A DNA stretch of 29,861 nt from the NCBI GenBank assembly GCA_040905565.1, contig JBBDRF010000014.1, positions 1 through 29,861 on the forward strand, written 5' to 3'. Position numbers and translations under genes: made by a program. The stretch comes from Phycisphaeraceae bacterium. Its GTDB lineage: Bacteria; Planctomycetota; Phycisphaerae; Phycisphaerales; Zrk34. The notes beneath the pieces are model-generated. The model was not told where the DNA came from and ran no database searches. It saw only the letters and a program-made list of their open reading frames with translations. Of the stretch, positions 10,411 to 20,617 are shown in pieces (position 1 is the first letter of the stretch; each line of letters begins with the position of its first letter).

Positions 10411-10827
10411 ATGAGCGATCCCCACTGCATTTTCTGCAAGATCGTCGCCGGGCAGATTCCCTGTCACAAGGTATATGAAGACGAGCAGGTGCTGGCGTTT
10501 CTTGACGTCGGCCCGCTCGCGCGTGGCCACACGCTGGTGATTCCCAAGGATCACTATGCGACGATTGATCAGATGCCCGACGCACTCGCCGCCGCCTGCA
10601 TGGCCGTGATCCCCAGATTAAGCCGGGCGATCATCAAGACGACCGAGGCCGACGGCTGGAACGTGCTGCAGAACAACCACCGCGTGGCGGGGCAAGCAGT
10701 TGACCACGTCCACTTCCATATCATCCCCCGCGTCGAGGGCGACGGACTCGGCTACCGCTGGCCCGCTGGCGAACTCGATGACGCCACCGCCAAGCAGCTA
10801 CGCGAGCAGATCACCGAGTCGATCTGA
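10411..10827 (+). CDS. HIT-family nucleotide hydrolase (Hint type)
   Basis: CIFCKI, GHTLVIPK, AGQAVDHVHFHIIPR. AAGGAG SD before ATG 10411. Confidence 0.93.
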   Translation: MSDPHCIFCKIVAGQIPCHKVYEDEQVLAFLDVGPLARGHTLVIPKDHYATIDQMPDALAAACMAVIPRLSRAIIKTTEADGWNVLQNNHRVAGQAVDHVHFHIIPRVEGDGLGYRWPAGELDDATAKQLREQITESI

Positions 10828-10869
10828 CATGCCCCCTTTCCCGGCCCGGTGACCATTTTCCCCGCGCAA

Positions 10870-10977
10870 GGGTGCCCCGGCCAGCTAGCGCAGCGAGACG
10901 CCGGGCTTCCCGGAAGCATGCAGCTACCGCACCCATGCCGAGATCCCACCCGGCCGTCTTCGCTGGCCGGGGCACCC
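10870..10977. repeat. REP-doublet/REPIN-like element with 16-bp perfect terminal inverted repeats
   Basis: GGGTGCCCCGGCCAGC (10870-10885) and GCTGGCCGGGGCACCC (10962-10977), with nested inner stems; lies between convergent genes. Confidence 0.7.
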
Positions 10978-11021
10978 CAAAACGCCTCGCCCCCCACTGG
11001 CGGAGTGGCTGGGGGTCTCGT

Positions 11022-12680
11022 TCACCGTAGCGGGACTGCAACGATCCGAAGCGCCTTCTCGTCATATTTCAGTCGACAGCGCCGACGTAGTTCGCGATTG
11101 TCAAACGTCGCCGAGCCGATGCGTGCGATCACGCGCGGGAACATTTGGCCGGTGACATCGACGCTGCCGCTGTGCTGTGACGCCGCCGCCTCGAGTATCT
11201 CCTGACGCTGCTCATCAAGACCGCGGATTTTCAGATCGCACGTCAGCTCCGCCCGGCGAAGGCGCGTATACGTTGCCAGCTCATCCGGGCAAAGCTGAGC
11301 GGGGTCACCGATCGCACGCTTCATCTTCTCCGCAAGCTCAGCCGCGGCATCACGGCGCTGCTGAATATCCTTGATTTCGCCATCGACTTTGCCAATCGCG
11401 TCCATCACCTCCGCAGAAAGTCCGACGCTGACATCGGTCACGACGCCGCTGTTCGCGCCAAGCTGCTTGGCCTCGATGACTTCACCCGCCATCGCCACGC
11501 CGCCGAGCAACTGACCACGGCCTCGCGGCAGGCGAATGGCGTTGCCGGCCGTGAGATGGCAATGCAGGGCCCCCACGTCTATCAGGATCGACCCGCGGGC
11601 GATGATCGTGACGTTCTCAGCGAAGCGGGTGTACACATCGCCGAACGAGCGGATCACCGCTTGCCGCCGGCCGGCCACGCCGTGACGCAGCACCACCTCA
11701 CCACCTGTTGATTCGATTTTCGCCGCTTCGACCGGGCCATCGATTTGGATATTGCCCGTCGCTTTGATCACCGCACCGCTGCGGACACCGCCGCGGGCGT
11801 GGACATCCCCATCGAAGTCGATCGGCCCGTCGGTCCGCATCACGTCCTGTGAGAGGACGAGCATTTTCCGTACTTCGATGCGTCGACCGTCCCAGACCAC
11901 CACGCCGCCGACTTCTGAGAAATAGTCGTCGCCCGCCGCCCTGATGTTCGGCCCGACGTCCAGCGACGTCTCCGCAGGGGCCGGGGGCTCGAGCACCTCC
12001 CCCTTCGCGTTGTAGCCGGGCTTTCCACGGGTCGGGGGGACACGCCGAAGGACTCGATCGCCGACGCGGCAGACAATGGGGCCGCCGCGTTTCTGGATGA
12101 ACTCTTCCGGTCCCACCTGGCAGAGATCCTCGTCGGTGCCGGCGCGGCCGAACAACTCGAACTTTTCGCTCGTGCCCGGCTTGGGATCCCGACCACGAAC
12201 GATCAGCACATCTTCGACCACGTCGCCCGCCGCCGCCTGCTCCGTCGCGCTGCGAATGGCGGCCACGTCGACGCCTTGCGCGATGCTTTGCTCACGCAGC
12301 CAGGCGAGCACCGTGTCGGGCTTCACCCCCTCGCCGCCGGCAATAGGAGGCTGCAGACCGATGGTCATGAACATGCCGTCGTCGCTGACCGTTGTCTCGA
12401 ACGACCCATCGCGCGACATACCCGCCATGGCATTATTCGAGTCGCCGCCGTCGGCTTCGGAGAGCTTCAGCAGTCGAGAGAGTTCCTCGATCCGCTCCCG
12501 CTCACCGTCCAGCAACTGATCGAAATGACCAGCCAGTTCCGACAGTGACTCCTCAGCGGCCTGCGTCGGATCGTCGTCTTCAAGGAAGAACGATTGCGCT
12601 TCGCGCACCAGCTTACGGGTGCTCTCGCTCGTGAATTTCTTGCTGTGCTCTGCCACTTGCGCCTCCAGTTTGAACATCAT
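11022..12680 (-). CDS. FapA/DUF342 family protein (flagellar assembly protein A-like)
   Basis: VSDDGMFMTI, RGRDPKPG, PPTRGKPGYNAKGEVL, GPIDFDGDV and a beta-helix-like Gly repeat region followed by a coiled coil. ATG 12680 chosen; the longer track ORF overlaps the mutarotase. Confidence 0.82.
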   Translation of the reverse strand: MMFKLEAQVAEHSKKFTSESTRKLVREAQSFFLEDDDPTQAAEESLSELAGHFDQLLDGERERIEELSRLLKLSEADGGDSNNAMAGMSRDGSFETTVSDDGMFMTIGLQPPIAGGEGVKPDTVLAWLREQSIAQGVDVAAIRSATEQAAAGDVVEDVLIVRGRDPKPGTSEKFELFGRAGTDEDLCQVGPEEFIQKRGGPIVCRVGDRVLRRVPPTRGKPGYNAKGEVLEPPAPAETSLDVGPNIRAAGDDYFSEVGGVVVWDGRRIEVRKMLVLSQDVMRTDGPIDFDGDVHARGGVRSGAVIKATGNIQIDGPVEAAKIESTGGEVVLRHGVAGRRQAVIRSFGDVYTRFAENVTIIARGSILIDVGALHCHLTAGNAIRLPRGRGQLLGGVAMAGEVIEAKQLGANSGVVTDVSVGLSAEVMDAIGKVDGEIKDIQQRRDAAAELAEKMKRAIGDPAQLCPDELATYTRLRRAELTCDLKIRGLDEQRQEILEAAASQHSGSVDVTGQMFPRVIARIGSATFDNRELRRRCRLKYDEKALRIVAVPLR

Positions 12681-12712
12681 GGGCCAAACTACTTGCCTGC
12701 TCGGCTTCTCTT

Positions 12713-12740
12713 CTATCGGCGAGGCGACAGGCCGGGATAA
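12713..12740 (-). promoter_or_regulatory. Possible sigma28 (FliA) promoter for the FapA gene
   Basis: GCCGATAG (-10 consensus GCCGATAA) 32 nt upstream of the ATG; only a weak -35 (TATC) 15 nt further up. Confidence 0.4.
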
Positions 12741-12791
12741 CTCGCGCCCTGTGATTTCCGCGACGCGACACGAGCCGTTAGACTGAAAAAC

Positions 12792-13718
12792 ATGCCGAGT
12801 CACGCTGCAACGCTGGAGTTGGGCCGCCGCTGGGGCATCGACGATCGCGCCCGGTTCGATCAAGGGCGCGGGGGCCTGCCCAAGCTCGCCATCCGCACCC
12901 CACTCGCCGAAGCCGATATCTACCTCCACGGCGCCCACGTCACGCACTTCAAACCCGCCGGAACCGATCCGCTGCTCTATCTCAGTCCCGAAAGTGCCTT
13001 CGCGCCGAGGCAACCCATCCGCGGCGGCATCCCCATCTGCTTCCCGTGGTTCGCGCAGCACAAGACGAACCCGGACCTGCCGCTGCACGGCTTCGTCCGA
13101 CTCCTGCCATGGCAGATCGATGAACTTACAGAAAGCGCCGATGGCCGAGTTCGCGTTGGCTTCACCTTCGAACATCACCAGTCCGACGAGATGTACAGCG
13201 CGTTCCCCCACCCGTTTCGGCTACGACTGAGCATCACGGTCGGCAACGCGCTCGACCTGCATTTGCACATCGAGAACACGGGGGATCAGCCCCTATCTTG
13301 CGAAGCGATGATGCATACCTACCTCGCCGTCCGCGACGTTCGGCAGGTGCAACTGCTCGGCCTGGAAAACATCAACTATCTCGACAAAACAGATGACTAC
13401 GCCCAAAAAACGCAGCCGACGAAAGCCCTGAGCTTCGCCGGCGAAACGGACCGCATCTACCTCGATACCCCCGCCCATTGCCGCCTGCTCGACGTGCCCA
13501 GCGATCGTGAGATCATCATTGAAAAGTCGGGTTCGCAGACGACGGTCGTCTGGACGCCGTGGGTGGCAAAGACGCAAACGCTCCGCGACATACCTGACGA
13601 AGATTGGCCCCACCTCCTCTGCGTGGAGACCGGCCATGCCTCGGACAACGCGCTGGAGATCGCCCCGCGAACTTCGCACACGATGACAACGACCCTCTCG
13701 ACCGCCCCCACGCGTTAG
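12792..13718 (+). CDS. D-hexose-6-phosphate mutarotase (YeaD-like aldose epimerase)
   Basis: LHGAHVTHF, IRGGIPICFPWF, HGFVR, HTYL, GETDRIY, VVWTPW, LCVETG. Confidence 0.92.
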   Translation: MPSHAATLELGRRWGIDDRARFDQGRGGLPKLAIRTPLAEADIYLHGAHVTHFKPAGTDPLLYLSPESAFAPRQPIRGGIPICFPWFAQHKTNPDLPLHGFVRLLPWQIDELTESADGRVRVGFTFEHHQSDEMYSAFPHPFRLRLSITVGNALDLHLHIENTGDQPLSCEAMMHTYLAVRDVRQVQLLGLENINYLDKTDDYAQKTQPTKALSFAGETDRIYLDTPAHCRLLDVPSDREIIIEKSGSQTTVVWTPWVAKTQTLRDIPDEDWPHLLCVETGHASDNALEIAPRTSHTMTTTLSTAPTR

Positions 13719-13744
13719 CGGGCGATCGCAGATCGCCACTTCCC

Positions 13745-14107
13745 CTACTTCGCGCCCTCAGCCTTGCCGCCCTTGCCGTTGGAAGACGACGAGCCGCCGT
13801 CGCTCTTTTTCGCTGCGGGTTTGGTCTCGGTCGTTTTCTTGTCGCCGGCCTTGGCGTCGCTTTTCTTATCGCTCTTGCTGGTATCGGCGGGCTTATCCTT
13901 GGCCGCGTCGCTCTTGTAGCTTTCGCTGCGATAGTCGGTTTGCCAGAAGCCGGAGCCCTTGAAGAGCACCGCAGCTCCGGTTCCGATCAGCCGGACCAGC
14001 TTCAGCTTCTTGCACTCCGGGCACTTCTTGAACGGCTTGGCCGTCATTGACTGGAACGCTTCCATCTCGTGCCCGCAGGCCTCGCAGCGATAATCATAAG
14101 TCGGCAT
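13745..14107 (-). CDS. FmdB-family zinc-ribbon protein with Lys-rich tail
   Basis: MPTYDYRCEACGH...CPECKK...FKGSGFWQTDY. Confidence 0.92.
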   Translation of the reverse strand: MPTYDYRCEACGHEMEAFQSMTAKPFKKCPECKKLKLVRLIGTGAAVLFKGSGFWQTDYRSESYKSDAAKDKPADTSKSDKKSDAKAGDKKTTETKPAAKKSDGGSSSSNGKGGKAEGAK

Positions 14108-14196
14108 TCACGCTCTCCAGCTTGCTACCATCTCGCCATCAAGGCCGATCTGTCCACAGACCGGCCCCCCCACCGCCCCACGCCATCCGGGGGGAT

Positions 14197-14796
14197 TCAG
14201 TTCGGCGCGACCGCGACCTTCGCCGGTCGCAGCGTCCGCTCTCCGTAAACGTACCCCGGTTGCATCGATGCCGCCACATGGCCGGGCTCGACGCCTTCGA
14301 CTTTCTGCTGCATCAACGCCTCATGGCGATGCGGATCGAACGGCTCGCCCACCGCGACATCAAGCCGTTCCACGCCCGCCTGCTTGAGCACCTTCAAGAG
14401 CTCATCCCGAACGATGGCGAATCCTTTGTGCAAGGCCTTGCCTTCTTCGCCCGTCGGTTCGCTGGCCAATGCGTTATCAAAGTGATCGAGCACGGGCAGG
14501 AAGTGCTTAAGCAGATCGCCCTGCGCCCGCCCGATCGCCCGGCCGAGTTCCTGCTCCGCCCGCCGCATGTAATTCTGGTAGTCAGCCGAGACGCGTTGAA
14601 GCCGCTCGAAGAGCTTATCGCGTTCGCCCTCCAAAGACTGCATCGCCTCTTCCGCCTTCAGCAGTTCCGCCACGGGATTGGCTTCGGCGTCCTCGCCTTC
14701 CGTCGAAGGATCGTCGGACATCTCCGCGTCAGTCGGCTGCGCCTCCTGCTCACGGCCCTGATCTTCCTCATGCTCGTGCGACCTGTCACTCATCAT
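14197..14796 (-). CDS. grpE: Nucleotide exchange factor GrpE
   Basis: RVSADYQNYMRR, FLPVLDHFDNAL, GEPFDPHRHEAL, GYVYGERTLRPAKVAV. TAATG overlap with the dnaJ stop. Confidence 0.96.
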   Translation of the reverse strand: MMSDRSHEHEEDQGREQEAQPTDAEMSDDPSTEGEDAEANPVAELLKAEEAMQSLEGERDKLFERLQRVSADYQNYMRRAEQELGRAIGRAQGDLLKHFLPVLDHFDNALASEPTGEEGKALHKGFAIVRDELLKVLKQAGVERLDVAVGEPFDPHRHEALMQQKVEGVEPGHVAASMQPGYVYGERTLRPAKVAVAPN

Positions 14797-15944
14797 TATC
14801 TCCTCTTGGCGCTTTCGCTGCCGCCAAGGTAAGTCTTAATCTTGTCCCAGAACCCCGTGCTGTCGGGCATCACCGTGCGATCTTCTGTTTCGGCGAATTC
14901 CCGCAGCAACTCCTTCTGCCGACCGCTCAAGCGCGTGGGGATCTCCACACGCACCTGCACAATCAGATCCCCCCGCCGCCCGCTGCGAAGACCAGGCAGC
15001 CCCTCGCCCCGCACCCGCAGGGTTTGTCCGTGCTGGGTGCCGCTACCGATGTGAAGCTCCGCCTGCCCGTCGCCCAGCGTCGGCACGGATACGACATCGC
15101 CGAGTGCCGCCTGCGTAAAGCTGATGGGCATGTGCATGATCAGGTCGTCGCCGTCGCGTTCGAAGAGGCTGTGTTCCTTGACCCGCACCACCACGTGAAG
15201 ATCGCCGCGGGGGCCTTCTCCGACGCCCGGCTCGCCCTCACCGGGCACGCGGATCACCATGCCGTCGTCGATGCCCGGGGGAATTTTCACGTTCAGTTCG
15301 CGCGACATCGGTCGCCTGCCGCTGCCGTCACAGCTTTCGCAGTGTTCGGTGATGATCGACCCGGTACCGCCGCACGTCGGGCAGGTGCGCACCATCTGGA
15401 AAAAGCTTTGCCGCATGGCCACTTTCCCCTGGCCGCCACACATCGTGCAGGTCGTCGGCGAGGTGCCGGGTTTCGCACCGGACCCTTCGCAGGTCTCGCA
15501 GATATCCTGCCTGGTGAAGGCCACTTCGCGCTCGGTGCCCGTGACGACCTCGTCGAGATCGATCTCAACCTCGGTTTCCAGATCGTACCCACGCCGACCG
15601 CGCCGGGCCCTTCGGCCGCCGCCTCTCCGGCCACCCATGTCGCCGCCGAAGAGATCTTCGAACATCGAGAAAATGTCCGAAGCGTTCATGTGGCCGTAGT
15701 CATGCATGCCGGTGCCGCGGAGCCCTTCGTGGCCGAAGCGGTCGTACCGCTGCCGCTTGTCCGCATCGCTGAGGACCTCAAATGCCTCGGCACATTCTTT
15801 GAACTGCGCTGATGCATCGGGATCGTCGGGGTTGCGGTCCGGATGGTATTTCATGGCGCAGCGGCGATAGGCGCGCTTGATCTCGTCGCTTGAAGCCTGC
15901 CGCTCGACACCCAGAATCTCATAATAATCGCGTTGCGTGCTCAT
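14796..15944 (-). CDS. dnaJ: Chaperone DnaJ
   Basis: [11 protein letters not shown] motif, four CxxCxGxG zinc repeats, C-terminal domain. ATG 15944. Confidence 0.97.
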   Translation of the reverse strand: MSTQRDYYEILGVERQASSDEIKRAYRRCAMKYHPDRNPDDPDASAQFKECAEAFEVLSDADKRQRYDRFGHEGLRGTGMHDYGHMNASDIFSMFEDLFGGDMGGRRGGGRRARRGRRGYDLETEVEIDLDEVVTGTEREVAFTRQDICETCEGSGAKPGTSPTTCTMCGGQGKVAMRQSFFQMVRTCPTCGGTGSIITEHCESCDGSGRRPMSRELNVKIPPGIDDGMVIRVPGEGEPGVGEGPRGDLHVVVRVKEHSLFERDGDDLIMHMPISFTQAALGDVVSVPTLGDGQAELHIGSGTQHGQTLRVRGEGLPGLRSGRRGDLIVQVRVEIPTRLSGRQKELLREFAETEDRTVMPDSTGFWDKIKTYLGGSESAKRR

Positions 15945-16040
15945 CCACTCACGCCGATCTTCTAAACTTTGAAACAACCGCCCCTTCCCCACCCCCCCTA
16001 TCACCGCCCGCCCAACGCCCGGACCGCTCCCACCCTTAGC

Positions 16041-16075
16041 AAAGAAACCCAGGGGCTTATCAGGCCCCTGGGTTC
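16041..16075 (-). terminator. Rho-independent terminator after the second groEL
   Basis: Minus strand AACCCAGGGGC-CTGATAA-GCCCCTGGGTT followed by TCTTT. Confidence 0.8.
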
Positions 16076-16105
16076 GAAATCTTACATGAGGGGCCGATGG
16101 CTGCC

Positions 16106-17719
16106 TCAGGCGACGGCGCCCTGGATTGGGGCGGTGTCGTCCTTAAGCTCAGTCACCAGCACATCGGTCGTCAGCATCAGCCCGGAGACGGAAGCTGCGT
16201 TCAGCAGGGCCGTCCGCGTGACCAGTGCCGGGTCGATGACGCCGGCCTTCACGAGGTCGACATACTCACCGGTGGCCGCATTGTAGCCGTGGTTGCCCTT
16301 GGCCGCCTTGACGCGTTCAACAACGACGTCGCCATCGACGCCGGCGTTCTGGGCGATCTGTTTGGCCGGGGCTTCGAGCGCTTCGAGGATGATATCGAAG
16401 CCGAACTTCTCATCGCCTCGCGCCTTGGAGCGCCCCTGCTCGACCGCTTCGATCGCACGCAGGTAAGCGACGCCGCCGCCTGGCACATAGCCTTCGAGGG
16501 CCGCGGCGCGGGCGGCATGAACCGCATCGTCGACGAGGTCCTTGCGTTCCTTGGCTTCGATTTCGGTGGCTGCGCCGACGTTGATGACCGCGACGCCGCT
16601 GGTCAGCTTCGCCAAGCGTTCCTGAAGCTTCTCTTTGTCGTATTCGCTGGTGGCCTGATCCAGTTGTTTCTGGATCTGGTCGACGCGTGTCTTGATCGCC
16701 TTCTTCTTGCCCGCACCTTCGACGATGGTGGTGTTCTCTTTGTCGATGACGATGCGCTTGGCCTGACCGAGCTGCTCGATCTCGAGGTTCTCGAGCTTCA
16801 CACCGATGTCTTCGCTGAGGAACTCACCGCCGGTGAGCGCTGCGATGTCGCCGAGCATGGCCCGACGGCGATCGCCGAAGCCAGGCGCCTTGACCGCCGC
16901 CACCTGAAGCACGCCGCGGAGACGGTTAACGACCAGTGCCGCCAGTGCCTCGTTCTCGACATCCTCCGCGATGATCAGCAGGGGCTTGCCGGACTGCGCG
17001 ACCTTGTTGAGAAGCGGCAGAATCTCGGGGAGATTGCTGATCTTCTTCTCGTGAATCAGAACGTAGCAATCCTCAAGCACGCATTCCTGCGTCTTCGGAT
17101 CGGTCATGAAGTAAGGCGAGAGGTAGCCCTTATCGAACTGCATGCCTTCGACGTAATCGAGCGTCGTGACGGCAGCTTTACCTTCTTCGATTTCGACCAC
17201 GCCGTTGGGCCCCACACGGTCGAGCGCGTCTGCAATCAGGTCGCCGATCTGCGCGTCGCTGTTGGCGGAAATCGTGGCGACCTTCTTGAGATCTTCACGA
17301 TTCTTCACCTTGGTGGCGCTGTTGCGGATGGTCTCCGAGGCGATGTCGGCCGCGGCGAGGATGCCGCGCTGCATCACGATCGGATTAGCGCCGGTTGCGA
17401 CGAGTTTCAGGCCTTTTTCGAAGATAGCGCGGGCGAGGACCGTGGCGGTCGTGGTGCCGTCGCCGGCTTTGTCAGCGGTTCGGCGTGCGACCTCGTTCAC
17501 GAGCTTCGCGCCCATGTTCTGGAAGGGGTTGGGCAGCTCGACTTCCTTGGAGACCGAGACGCCGTCCTTCGTGACCGCGGGGCCGCCGAAGCTTTTATCA
17601 ATCACGACGTGCCGCCCCGTGGGGCCCATCGTTACCGCGACTGCGTTGGCCAGTTGGTCCAGGCCCTTTTTCATTTCGACCGCAGCGTCGGCATCGAACA
17701 ACATTTGCTTGCTTGACAT
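16106..17719 (-). CDS. groEL: Chaperonin GroEL paralogue without GGM tail
   Basis: [49 protein letters not shown]; ends APIQGAVA. Confidence 0.97.
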   Translation of the reverse strand: MSSKQMLFDADAAVEMKKGLDQLANAVAVTMGPTGRHVVIDKSFGGPAVTKDGVSVSKEVELPNPFQNMGAKLVNEVARRTADKAGDGTTTATVLARAIFEKGLKLVATGANPIVMQRGILAAADIASETIRNSATKVKNREDLKKVATISANSDAQIGDLIADALDRVGPNGVVEIEEGKAAVTTLDYVEGMQFDKGYLSPYFMTDPKTQECVLEDCYVLIHEKKISNLPEILPLLNKVAQSGKPLLIIAEDVENEALAALVVNRLRGVLQVAAVKAPGFGDRRRAMLGDIAALTGGEFLSEDIGVKLENLEIEQLGQAKRIVIDKENTTIVEGAGKKKAIKTRVDQIQKQLDQATSEYDKEKLQERLAKLTSGVAVINVGAATEIEAKERKDLVDDAVHAARAAALEGYVPGGGVAYLRAIEAVEQGRSKARGDEKFGFDIILEALEAPAKQIAQNAGVDGDVVVERVKAAKGNHGYNAATGEYVDLVKAGVIDPALVTRTALLNAASVSGLMLTTDVLVTELKDDTAPIQGAVA

Positions 17720-17769
17720 AGTGAGCGTTTCCTTTTTCGTCTGATCAAGCGGCGTTAGCCGACCCGAAT

Positions 17770-18084
17770 TCAGTCTTCAATCTTTGCCAGAAGTTCCGAT
17801 TCGCGGAGCACCATGAACGACTCGCCTTCGAGTTCGATCTCGGTGCCGCCGAAGCGGCCGTAGACCACGCGGTCGCCGACAGCGAGGCTGGGCGCGACGC
17901 GCTCGCCTTCGTCGTTGAGGCGGCCGGGGCCGACTGCGACGACGGTGCCCTGCATGGGCTTTTCCTGGGCGGAATCAGGCAGCACGATGCCGCTGGTGGT
18001 GGTGGCCTCAGCCTCTTGGGGCTGAAGAACAATACGGTCGCCTGTGGGGCGGATCTTTACCTTCTTCGCGGTCTTGGTCGCCAT
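17770..18084 (-). CDS. groES: Co-chaperonin GroES
   Basis: [35 protein letters not shown]. Confidence 0.97.
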   Translation of the reverse strand: MATKTAKKVKIRPTGDRIVLQPQEAEATTTSGIVLPDSAQEKPMQGTVVAVGPGRLNDEGERVAPSLAVGDRVVYGRFGGTEIELEGESFMVLRESELLAKIED

Positions 18085-18153
18085 CGTTACTTATCTCCGT
18101 TCGTATGCTTTTCGTAGCTAAATTCGTTTAATTGAGCGGTCGACGGTGCTTGC

Positions 18154-19875
<1,722 letters not shown>

Positions 19876-19963
19876 TCAAAATCTCCGTGATCGCTATCGC
19901 AAAAGTTCAGCCTGCAGGGACCGCGCGACACGCCGTCCCCGGGCCCACAACCAACCCCAAGCA

Positions 19964-19978
19964 ACAAGAACAATGCCA
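19964..19978 (-). promoter_or_regulatory. Putative sigma54 (-24/-12) promoter of the groEL operon
   Basis: TGGCATTGTTCTTGT versus consensus TGGCAC-N5-TTGC; the -12 dinucleotide is GT rather than GC. Confidence 0.45.
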
Positions 19979-20072
19979 GCCGCCCCGTCCTGCTCAGTTT
20001 TCGCTATCAGACACAAGTATTGTATCGGAATGGCCTTGTAAAACACGACCTCTTCGGCCTGCCGCAGAAATC

Positions 20073-20087
20073 CTGCCACTGTGGCAG
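20073..20087. promoter_or_regulatory. Perfect palindrome CTGCCAC-T-GTGGCAG, candidate activator/repressor site
   Basis: 7-1-7 dyad about 95 bp upstream of the putative -24 element; extra CTGCCA half-site at 20103-20108. Confidence 0.5.
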
Positions 20088-20146
20088 CCGCCCTCTCGGC
20101 ACCTGCCATTCATAGAGCGTTTGCCCCCCCGCCACCGCGTTGGCCG

Positions 20147-20290
20147 CTACTCCCGATCGTCCGGGCCGCCGCGACGTCTGCTGATGAATACCACCGCAAG
20201 CACGATAGCGATCGGCACTGCGAGAAACAGCAGCATCGCACCAATCACGACCCACTCCCAGCCACTCGGCATCAAAAACGCCAAACTCAT
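20147..20290 (-). CDS. Small single-pass membrane protein (47 aa)
   Basis: Hand translation MSLAFLMPSGWEWVVIGAMLLFLAVPIAIVLAVVFISRRRGGPDDRE*; GGAG SD upstream; hydrophobic stretch followed by RRR. Confidence 0.65.
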   Translation of the reverse strand: MSLAFLMPSGWEWVVIGAMLLFLAVPIAIVLAVVFISRRRGGPDDRE

Positions 20291-20463
20291 GCCATGCTCC
20301 CGTTCACGAACCGACGACTAAGTTCCGCCTCGGAACATGATATCAGTTGATGTCCGAGCCGTAGAAGGCCGCCGCTGCCGCGACTGCGCCTGCCACGCCT
20401 TTTTTCTCAGATAATTATATTTATAGCTTCGAATACCTTCGCAGAAACGCGTTCAGCAACGTT

Positions 20464-20486
20464 AATATGCGGAAATTTCCCATATT
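20464..20486. promoter_or_regulatory. Imperfect palindrome in an AT-rich intergenic patch, candidate operator
   Basis: AATATGCGGAAATTTCCCATATT between divergent genes. Confidence 0.4.
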
Positions 20487-20617
20487 CATCACATCCCCTT
20501 GTCTCTATAATCTGAATTGATGGCCTCGGACGTTCAGGCAGCGGAGTCGGTCGGTGCCTCCGTTTAGCCCACAGCGTCCCGGCGAAGCTGCATGTCGACC
20601 GAAAGGCAGGGTGCGTC

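Noticed and set aside
10870..10977. SRP (4.5S) or 6S RNA
   Set aside because: No apical CAGG...GGAA...AGCA SRP motif on either strand, and too short with no large central bubble for 6S.
12681..13211. N-terminal extension of the 729-aa ORF
   Set aside because: It overlaps the clearly genuine mutarotase on the opposite strand; the FapA gene more plausibly starts at ATG 12680.
14143..14166. Hairpin GGCCGATCTGT-CC-ACAGACCGGCC between grpE and the FmdB gene (RNA thermometer or terminator)
   Set aside because: No U-tract and it does not cover the SD; no function can be supported.
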